NCBI RefSeq assembly: GCF_963921235.1
Contig: NC_086108.1
Span: 94,366,001-94,430,000, forward strand
From: Mobula hypostoma
Lineage: Eukaryota
Direction: 5' to 3'
Length of the DNA stretch: 64,000 nt
Position 1 is the first letter of the stretch. Each line of letters begins with the position of its first letter. A program made the position numbers and the translations under genes. Positions 11,518-22,072 of this stretch are shown piece after piece. The notes under the pieces were generated by a model. It was not told the origin of the DNA. It made no database searches and saw only the letters and a program-made list of their open reading frames with translations.

Positions 11518-12880
11518 CAGAATCAGAATCAGGTTTATTATCACCGGCATGTGTCGTGAAATTTGTTAACTTAGCAGCAGCAGTTCAATGCAGTACGTAA
11601 TATAGAAGAAAAAAATATAATAAATAAGTAAATAAATTACAGCATACATATATTGAATAGATTAAAAATCATACAAAACACAGAAATAATATATATTATA
11701 TTATAATAATATTTATTTAAAAAGTGAGGTAGTGTTCAAGGGTTCAATGTCCGCTTAGAAATCAGATGGCAGAGGGGAAGAAGCTGTTCCTGAATTGCTG
11801 AGTGTGTGCCTTCAGGCTTCTGTACCTCCTACCTGATGGTAACAGTGAGAAAAAGGCATGCCCTGTGTGCTGGAGGTCCTTAACAATGGATGCTGCCTTT
11901 CTGAGACACTGCTCCTTGAAGATGTCCTGGGTACTTTGTAGGCTAGCACCCAAGATGGAGCCGACTAAATTTACAACCCTCTGCAGCTTCTTTCGGTCCT
12001 ATGTAGTAGCCCCTCCATACTAGACAGTGATGCAGCCTGAAAGAATGTTCTCCACGGTACATCTATAGAAGTTTTTGAATGTATTTGTTGATATACCGAA
12101 TCTCTTCAAACTCCTAATGAAGTATAGTTGCTGTCTTGCCTTCTTTATAACTGCATAGATATGTTGGGACCAGGTTAGATCCTCAGAGATCTTGACACCC
12201 AGGAACTTGAAGCTGCTTACTCTCTTCACTTCTGATCCCTCTATGAGAATTGGTATATGTTCCTTCGTCTTACCCTTCCTGAAGTCCACAGTCAGCTCTT
12301 TCGTCTTACTGACATTGAGTGCCAGGTTGTTGCTGCGACAGCACTCCACTAGTTGGCATATTTCACTCCTGTACGCCCTCTCTTCACTATCTGAGACTCC
12401 ACCAATGGTTGTATCAGCAAACTTATAGATGGCATTTGAGCTATGCCTAGCCACACAGTCATGCGTATATAGAGAATAAAGCAGTGAGCTAAGCACACAC
12501 CCGAGGTGCACCAGTGTTGATTGTCAGTGAGGAGGAGAGGTTATCACCAATCCGCACAGATTGTGGTCTTCTGGTTAGGAAGTCGAGGATCCAGTTGCAG
12601 AGAGACGTACAGAAGCCCAGATTCTGTAACTTCTCAATCAGAATTGTGGGAATGATGGTATTAAATGCTGAGCTATAGCCGATGAACAGCATCCTGACAT
12701 AGGTGTTTGTGTTGTCCAGGTGGTCTAAAGCCATGTGAAGAGCTACTGAGATTGCAGTGACTGAGGCAGGAGTTCAGTCTAGTCACAACCAACCTCTCAA
12801 AGCACTTCATCACTGTCGATGTGAGTGCTACTGGGCGATAGTCATTAAGGCTCTCACATTATTCTTCTTAGGCACTGGAA
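11518..12880 (-). mobile_element. Rex1/Babar LINE, 5'-truncated, RT pseudogene
   Basis: ORFs 12489..12734 ([16 protein letters not shown]), 12020..12511 (IYKFADT, NVSKTKE, FKFLGV) and 11762..11953 (LLPSGRRYRS...RNSFFP). (CTGATT)n tail at about 11518-11531. Confidence 0.88.
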
Positions 12881-15304
12881 TAATTATTGGTATAATCAGT
12901 TATACTCAGGGAGTAGAAGTACAGCCAGGTGATCAGACTTCCTGAAGTGAGGGTGTGAAATAGCACGGTAGGCATTCTTGATGGTCCTCTGGTGGTCCTC
13001 TTGTATTGCAAGTGATCTATTGATGGTAATTGCTTAGTGAACCGGCAGGTAATGGAGGGATATGGACCTTTTGGTACAGTGTTAAAAGGATACAGTCCTA
13101 ACATGGGATTAGAGTGGGGGGCATAATGCAGCATGGCTGAGGTGGGCCGAAGGGCTAATTTCTATGCTTCAAATTTAGAGTCTAAAATTCCGAAAAAAAA
13201 ACACATAGATCATTTGTAACAAAGCTCTGAGTGTCAGATTTTGCAATGATCGACTATAGTAATATTGCAGTTACTGAAATTTCACCTAGAGCAACTGTGT
13301 AACTCAATTCTTTGCACTGCTATGTTAGTAAACCAAATTTGAATTTAACACCAGCATATACAATTTCAAAAAAATTATTCTGCTTGCTGTTACACCATAG
13401 AAAAACAAGACTGAAGTTTTTGTACAAAACCTGAAACCAACTGCCCTTGAGTAAAATGTGAGATGCTTATTTTATTAATGGTTACAATAAATTAAATATT
13501 TGTGGCACAATTGACATCATCACCCTTTATTTGAATTTCACCCATAAATTTCTGATACGACATCCTCATCATGTTTCATCTGGAATTCTAATACATGCTT
13601 ACTTAATAGTTTGAAAGAATACTGCACCAAGCCTAACACTGCAATACTGCTAAGGAGAAGCAGCTTGCATCAGTAAACTTAGGAATCATATCAGGATCCA
13701 TGTGTATCTGAAACTATATTATAGCAGCACAGAGGTATAACTATAACCATGAAAGTTTGGTATGCAGGAAAAGAATAGTGGAATACAGACATGGAAAAGC
13801 AGAAGAGAAAAAAAAACCTACATTTAATAACTGCCATCAGAAATGAGTAGAAATCCATGTACGTGATTGGTAGTACATAATTAATCAGGGTACCATGCTT
13901 GGAAGTCCTGTCAACTACTATACTGAACAATATTTATATTGATTCTAAGATGTACATTCCTCAGAAGCAAAATGTTTTTAACTCAAGTTCAACTATCTTC
14001 TAGAAGAGGGTGTATATTCTTCCTGCCAGGCTGCTAACCTCATTGTCAATGAGATAGTTGGACAAGCTTCATTTAAGAGTGTGGTAGTACAATCTTAAAC
14101 AGCTGTGGATCATGAGAAACCACAAGTTTTCCTTGGAGTATGACCACAGCTATTTTATCTGGAACTCACTCATTCCTGTATTACTGAGCCAGGCCTCATA
14201 CCCACTGCTTTGTCAGCAGCAGAAAGACAAGAAAGTTAGGTTCGTTTTTGCCTTTAAAAGGGAGAATGATGCAAAAATTTCAAAGATAATAGAATAAATG
14301 CATCCTCAATGTGTTTGACAGGTTTCAGTTTATTTAAGGAGATTGAGAGAAGATTTCTTTTGTTGATACATAATTCAGAAGGAAATCAGATAGATTACTT
14401 TTTTTAAAAAAAAAGGAACACTTTGGCACTTAAGCTACTAGTAATTTGATCCAAGACAGAGTAAGTGTTGCATACTTGGGTGGATCACATGACTTCTCTC
14501 CCCAAATCTCTCCACCACTGAAGTACTTCTTGCTTTGGTTTTAGGATGACTACTACCTAATAATTAATGGATAAAAATCTGTACATTTGTGCTTGGTGAC
14601 ACAATGCTTCAAAGTAAACATTAAACATTAGTATGGTATTATGAAACAATGATTAACACTACCTACATTCCACGTAATTGTAAAACTGCAGAAAAGTTCT
14701 AAATACATTTTGCATTTATTTATTTTAGCAGATGACATAGTACTTAATTATCCCACTGTCCAACTATTCAAAAATCCAAATTGGGCATCTGACTCACCAG
14801 GTGCTTTTGCCTTTCCTTTTAATTCACAAGATCCCACCATACTCTACTTGATTTGTTGGGGGCAATCCCTATGGTTCTTTGGAAAATTTATTATACTATA
14901 GTGTAGTATTTAAAGTATGTTAAATATGTGATGGAGCATTAACAAAATAAGATCAATGTTTCAGAAAATCTGCTCATCCTGCACTAAAAGATCTGAGCAT
15001 GCCAAATTAAAAGGGGTTTTACTATAATAACAAAGTACAACCAAACAAGTCAAGTGGACTAGATGCATTAATAATCCAACTGAATACCCTGACGCAAAAT
15101 GGCTCATTCTTCTATGCCAGAAGTCAATCATCTAGAAGCCTACAAGGAGTGAGATGGAATAATACAGCGAAACAGAACAGCATTCCTTCAAGGCCAAGAT
15201 GCAAAACACAGTACCAACTGTTACACACAGCACATAACACAATAGCCAAAAAAACATAGTCACGCAAGAATATACTATAGTCTAAGTCTCTGGGTGGCAT
15301 GTCC

Positions 15305-15852
15305 CAGCCATCCCACCCTGCAAAAACTCATTTCAGGGAGGAAGCACCATCAATTTGTGGAAGACTCCCGGAACTTCCGGGAGAGGTGGGGTGTCTGCAA
15401 TAGAGTAGCTCCTTAGCAGCTAGCCAGCTAGTTTAAATAACATTAGCTATGCTAATGAACGAATGACACCTGTTAAACTCACCTCAACATATCTTGTACA
15501 GTCTTAACCCATCATGGGCAATAGAAAAGTCACTGTTGCAAACAGTGCAGCGAGCAACACTGTCATTATTTTGACCTCTATTAGGCAGGGGTACACTTTA
15601 GTGTAGTCTGGGGTGACGTACGTTTTATATTTTTTTTGGAACTCTCTGGCTCTTGCGCACGCGCTCTCTCTCTCTCTCACTCGCTCATGGTTGCTCTCAC
15701 TCGTGCTCACTTTCTTGCGCTTGCTTTCTTGCTCTTGCACTCGCCCTCACAAAAATCAATTTCCAGGATATTGTATATTATTTGCGGGCATCAGGGGCCC
15801 ACTATTAATATGCGGGAGACTCCCAGAACTTCCGGGAGAGGTGGGATGTCTG
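15305..15852 (-). mobile_element. Non-autonomous hAT-like MITE with 6-bp TSD
   Basis: Termini CAGCCATCCCACC / GGTGGGATGTCTG and TSD ATGTCC (15299-15304, 15853-15858). Inverted homologue at 55857-56357. BED-finger remnant CTVCNSDFSIAH on the minus strand. Confidence 0.85.
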
Positions 15853-16361
15853 ATGTCCTGAAGTTTTATGGTGCCTGGGATGTTATCCTGGAGCTGTGTT
15901 TCTGTAAGAACACGCACACAACAGTTCATCACCACCAATGCAGCTGCAGATAAATGCAATCTAGTTTGTCTTCCATCAAGCAAACAATGAGGAGGAGCCA
16001 ACCCCCAAACCAGCAAGGACACCAGAGCGCCTCCAGTGTCTCCTCCCCAGGTAATGCTGAGGCATAAAGGCCTGGTCCACACAACAACAGAGACCATGCA
16101 GCTCCCTTGCATAAAATCTTCATTTGTCTGGACAATTGCAATTCCAACAACTCTCAAGAAACTCATCAAAACCTAGGATAAAACCCCTCACCAAATATTT
16201 GATCTTCTCCATCATCCAACCATTCTCCCCATCAAGAACCTACTATTCACTGCTGTTATTTACCCTGGCTCCTTTGACAGCATCTCAGAAACCTACACGG
16301 TTCCCAAGGTGAATAGTAATTGATTCATCTTTTGCTAATGAACTTGGAAACACCTCACAAG

Positions 16362-16490
16362 ATGTTCTGATGAAGGGTCTTGGTGAAACGTCGAATTTTT
16401 ATGCCTTTCCATAGATGTCACCTGATCTGCTGTGGTCCTCCAGCATTTTGAGGGTGTTACTCTGGATTTCCAGCATCTGAATCATCTCAT
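16362..16490 (+). mobile_element. Penelope terminus with hammerhead core
   Basis: CTGATGA (16367-16373)...GAAACGTC (16385-16392), followed by the family terminus ...ggatttccagcatctg. Confidence 0.65.
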
Positions 16491-17573
16491 TGTTCCTTCG
16501 TCATTTTAGCATTAGGTTTCTGGAATTCTCTGTCCAATAAACTCAACTGCTATTCATATAAATTATATAAATTAATAATCATATGTACATGGGTGGGTGG
16601 GAGGAACAGGGCTTGTTTTGCTGTTGTTGTTTTGTTGCTTATGTTCTGTGTTTCTCCGCAAAGCATTGTGGGCATGTTATGTTGACACCGGAATGTGTGG
16701 AGACATTTGTAGACTGCCTCCAGCACACCCTTGGTTGTGTTGATTGTTAATGCAAATGATGCATTGCACTTTATGCTCTGATATACACATGAAAAATAAA
16801 CTTGAATTTCGAATAACTCTCTGGATTTACCTACATTCAGAAAGATTGCACAACTTCAAGGCTCTGGCTTATCACTGCAAGACCAATTAGAGATGTCCAC
16901 TAAATGTCACCTTTGGCAATGATGCCCAGATCCTGCATATGTATTTAAAAGTAATAGTTGTGTCAAAAATATTCTACTTTAAAGTACATGATTAAATAGT
17001 TTTAAAGTTCAAAAATTAATTCAGGTATAAACTGCACACAGATCAAGCCAAAAACTTATTGATTACACTTACATACTCCAAATACATTTAAGGACAAAAA
17101 CGATATAACATAATTCTCTACATTCATCATTCAAGCATTCAATAGGAACTCATTAATATGTTCATCCTTCTCAGCAGGTTTCAATTATTAAGAGATTACA
17201 ACAGAAAAGAAAGACTATTTGAACCCATGTATTACATATACAAGTCCAACAGATTTATTTATATAGTTTGATTTAAAATGAAAATACAAAGAGAAGCACT
17301 CGTCTGCCAGCTTAAACTAAGTTAGATACTGCCGCCTTCACCAAGCCATTTCCTTCAATATGCAGTATCAATTCTAGCAAAGTCAAAAGGAAGGGCTCCT
17401 GAATATTGCCAACAAATTCAGTACATGATAACTTCTGGTCTGTGTTAAACTAACAAAAGTACAGGTTACATGAACTTTTCTACAGGTAAAGGTCATCTAC
17501 GATGGGCATATTTAGTGTAAATTCTAGTACCTTATTCACATACCTCAATGACACAATTTAAAATGTGATGGTG

Positions 17574-17609
17574 AGTCCTGACGAAGGGTCTCAGCCTGAA
17601 ACGTCGACT
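17574..17609 (+). ncRNA. Minimal type-I hammerhead ribozyme motif in a Penelope terminus (about 17572-17671)
   Basis: Helix I AGTC/GACT, core CTGACGA (17578-17584), helix II GGGT-CTCA-GCCT, GAAA (17598-17601), palindromic ACGT and a GTC cleavage triplet (17603-17605). Confidence 0.75.
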
Positions 17610-18689
17610 GCACCTCTTCTTACAGATGCTGCCTGGCCTGCTGCGTTCACCAGCAACTTTGATGTGTGTTGGTAAAACCTCTCGTTTGTTAGACATTAAT
17701 CAAGAATGTACACCAGCAGCAATACTGGTTCCAAACAGGTTCAATCACAACAGAATGGTGCCCTACTTTTATTAGTAGTAACTGCGAGAAGGGGAGCATT
17801 AATCTTTCATACAATAGGAAGAAAACAAAAAGACAAAACCTCAAAGCTGTTCTAGTACATTTGTAATAAATCCAACAGACAAAGAAATGGGACTTGTATA
17901 GCTCTGGAAAATAGGCACTCTTCTGTATTCCACTTAAAAGCAAGTGACAATGAGCAAGACGTTCAATGGGAGCTAGTATTCTTTCACTAAAGTGTCAGAG
18001 ATTACTGCATAAAACATTTTGAAGTTGCTAAATAAACCATGATATTATGCTGTGAAATATTTGCAAGAATGAAGATGAACTCCTGCTTAATAGTAAGGAG
18101 AGGAAAGACAATTTTCACAAAAATAAAGGCAACAACTCAACTCATGCAAGCAGATCATTAGTGATACTTTCCCACAACATGGGACAAACCCCTTGGAGTT
18201 GGAAATTTTACATTTTATACATGCTCTCTCAACCAAAGCTTTCATTGTTGAACATGTCGTAATAAAATACAAGCACTATTGCAGTACACCAGGACAAGCT
18301 AAAAATGCAGTTTTGCTCAAAGTGCTACTATCAGAAGGGTTACCTATTGCTTAGTTCAAAGCTGGATTATTTTAATAGTTTATTCTAACATCATATGTGT
18401 GTCTTATTTATTAGGAATAGTACTCCAAGTAATGATCAGAAAATTCTCAAAAAAAGTAGAAAGTAACATGAACTGTCACCCTTGCAGCTTTCCCATTTTT
18501 ATCCTCTCCCTGGCCTGTCTCCTATTCCAAGCAGCAGGGGAAAAAAAAACCCACTAAGTATTACTGAGCAAAAAGAAAAAATGCGGACAGGTTAAATCAC
18601 AAATTGCGTTTATAGCTCAGAATATTTATTTTGGCCAAAGTATTATCACAAAGTCAGAACTTTGAAACTTCAAGCAACACTTGATCGCT

Positions 18690-20055
18690 AACAAACTGAC
18701 ATTCGGCAATTGGTTATTGTCACATGTATTGCATGCCATCCATGCAGATCATTTCAAAACACATGTACATCAAGGTAATACAAAACTTAAAGCAATTGAA
18801 AAATGCAGATTATATTGTTGGAATTACAAAGAAAATGCAATGCTGGTAGACAATAAGGTTCACAGGTCATGACAAAGTAGATAGTAATGTCAAGAGTTCA
18901 TCTTTACCATACAAGTCAGTTCAAGAGCCTTATAAAAGTGGGATAGAAGCTCTCTTTGAGCCTGGTGGTGTGTATTCAGTCTTTTATATCATTTGCCAAA
19001 AGGAAGGGAAAAAATGAGATAATATCAATGGGAGGAGTCTTTGATTATGTTGGCTTCTTTCCTGAAACAGTAGGAAGCATCAGTCAACACACATCAAAGT
19101 TGCTGGTGAACGCAGCAGGCCAGGCAGCATCTCTAGGAAGAGGTGCAGTCGACATTTCAGGCCGAGACCCTTCGTCAGGACTAACTGAAGGAAGGGTGAG
19201 TAAGGGATTTGAAAGTTGGAGGGGAAGGGAGAGATCCAAAATGATAGGAGAAGACAGGAGGGGGAGGGATGGAGCCAAGAGCTGGACAGGTGATAGGCAA
19301 AAGGGATACGAGGGGATCATGGGACAGGAGGTCCGGGAAGAAAGACAAGGAGGGTGGGGGGGGGGACCCAGAGGATGGGCAAGGGGTATATTCAGAGGGA
19401 CAGAGGGAGAAAAAGGAGAGTGAGAGAAAGAATGTGTGTATAAAAATAAGTAACAGATGGGGTACGAGGGGGAGGTGGGGCATTAGCGGAAGTTAGAGAA
19501 GTTGATGTTCATGCCATCAGGTGGGAGGCTACCCAGACGGAATATAAGGTGTTGTTCCTCCAACCTGAGTGTGGCTTCATCTTTACAGTAGAGGAGGCCG
19601 TGGATAGACATGTCAGAATGGGAATGGGATGTGGAATTAAAATGTGTGGCCACTGGGAGATCCTGCTTTCTCTGACAGACAGAGCGTAGGTGTTCAGCAA
19701 AGCGGTCTCCCAGTCTGCATCGGGTCTCGCCAATATATAAAAGGCCACATCGGGAGCACCGGACGCAGTATATCACCCCAGCCGACTCACAGGTGAAGTG
19801 TTGCCTCACCTGGAAGGACTGTTCGGGGCCCTGAATGGTGGTAAGGGTGGAAGTGTAAGGGCATGTGTAGCACTTGTTCCGCTTACACGGATAAGTGCCA
19901 GGAGGAAGTATCAGTAGTGTCTATGGAGGAGAGGCTGGCTTTCATGATAAACTGAGCTCTGTCCACAATTCTCTGCAATTTCTTGCAGTTTTGGGCAGAG
20001 CAGTTGCCATACCAAGCTGTGATGCATCTGGATAGTATGTTTTCTGTGGTTCATC
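18690..20055 (-). mobile_element. Degraded Rex1/Babar-like 3' fragment interrupted by Penelope
   Basis: Similar to 3875-4190 and 11518-12060 (gggcagagcagttgccataccaagctgtgatgcatc). Sequence resumes after 19915. Confidence 0.6.
19085..19902 (-). mobile_element. Penelope-like element, 5'-truncated, with GIY-YIG endonuclease
   Basis: ORF 19483..19809 GVIYCVRCSRCGLLYIGETRCRLGDRFAEH and a hammerhead at 19147-19182. TSD AGGAAGCATCAGT (19072-19084) / AGGAAGTATCAGT (19903-19915). Confidence 0.9.
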
Positions 20056-21263
20056 AACAACATTAACAATTGGAGACTGCTATCTTGGTGGACTCACCAG
20101 CATTCAAATCAGGTATCAATCAAAGTCAAATTGCATTTGCAGATTGACAGAAAATATTCTTCACCACTAGTTAGACAGAGCAGGTAATTCTTCGGGTAAT
20201 TTTTAAAAAGCATCATCCTCAAATAATCTTGTCCATTAGCTGCTATATTTATTCATAAACTCTCTGCTTCAAACTTAATCTGTTTACTGTGAAAAGTAGA
20301 TGGGTGTCCTGAGGGCATGAAGAGCAAAAGGTATTAATTTCAGCAAAACACAAGTAGGAACTGGTCAACATAATGGGCATTTGTTCTGTGTAAGTAACTA
20401 CCACATCAACCCAGTTTCTTCACTCTCAAATAGTGTACAGCCCAGAACATTTCCTACACTATAAATTTCAACAACTTCAGGTACAAGTAGAAATTGTTTT
20501 TCTGATGGTGAGGATCTTTTGCTAAATACTAGGTTTCCTAGAATCTATTTGCTAAGAAAACCATGGTCAAACTCACAAAATGTATCACACAACAACAGTG
20601 TCAAGAGGATCTTCAAGACAACTCTGAAGATGCTTCACTTGGTAAGGTTGATTCTGGTCAGCGGGGGATCCATGACTGTCATCAAACTAATGCTCATAAA
20701 ATTCAAGTAACACAGAAGAAAATTATTGCCACTTGGAATGTAAGAACCCTATAACAAACAGGAAGATTGGACAACGTGATAAATGAAATGGAAAGACTAA
20801 AGATTAACATCATGGGAATTACCAAAGTTCGTTGGATAGGTGTTGGAACTTGTCAGAATAGAAATAAAACACTAATTTATTCTTGTGGAACATCCCATGC
20901 TAATAGAGTAGGAGTTCTTATGGATGAAAACAAAAGTGTTTTAGGACATTGGGCAATATCAGAAAGAGTGCTCATTGTTAGATTCAGAGGACAACCATTT
21001 GATTTAGCTATTGTACAGGTATATGCACCAACAACAGATAGAACAAATGAGGATATAGATAAATTTTATGAAGAGCTTGAACAAGCAAACAACAATACCT
21101 TGAGCAAATCTCAAGATATTGTTATTGCCATGGGAGATCTAAATGCTAAAGTAGGACAAGATGCTGATGGAAATACCATAGGAAAATTTGGACTAGGGGA
21201 AAGAAATGAAAGAGATGAGAAGTGGGTAGAATGGTGCAAGATGAATAATCAGGTCATTATGAA

Positions 21264-22072
21264 CCTGGAGCAGCAACTGGATGACCTTCAACTCATAAGG
21301 GAGGATGAGGCAGTCATAGATGACAGCTACAGGGAGGTAATCACACCTAGGCTGTTGGAAGCAGGTCGTTGGGTGACAGTCAGAGGGGGGAAAGCGAAGG
21401 TGAGCAGACAGGTAGTGCAGAGCACCCCTGTAGCCATTCCCCTGAATAATAAGTTTACCGTCCTGGATACTGTTGGTGGGGACGACCGACCGGGTGTGAG
21501 CCATGGTGGCAGGGCCTCCGGCACTCAGTCTGACCCTGTGGTGCAGAAGGGTGGGATGGAGAAGAGGAGAGCTGTCATCATTGAAGACTCTACAGTCGGG
21601 GAGCAGACAGGAGATTGTGTGGACGTGAGAAGGACACCCGCATAGTTTGTTGCCTCCCGGGTGCCAGGGTCCAGGATGTCTCTGACCGGGTGCACAACAT
21701 CCTGGTACGAGAGGGAAAGCAACCAGAAGTCATGATACATGTTGGGACCAATGACATAGGCAGGAAGAGGGATGAGGTCCTGAAGTGTGAGTTTCGGGAA
21801 CTAGGCAGAAAGCTGAAGAACAGGACCTCAAGGATAGCGTTCTCAGGATTGCTGCTAGTGCTACGTGACACTGATGGTAAGAATTGGAGGAGATGGCAGT
21901 TGAATGCGTGGCTGAGGAGTTGGTGCAGGGAGCAGGGTTTTAGATTTTTAGATCATTGGGATCTCTTCTGGGGAAGGTGGGACCTGTACAGATTGGATGG
22001 GTTGCACCTGAACTTGAGGGGGAGCAATATCCTTGCAGGTAGGTTAGCTAGCATGGTTTGGGAGGGTTTAAA
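21264..22072 (+). pseudogene. CR1 ORF1 with SGNH esterase-like domain (frameshifted)
   Basis: AVIIEDS (GDS-like block), HVGTND and DGLHL motifs across ORFs 20767..21645 and 21615..22115. Confidence 0.8.
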
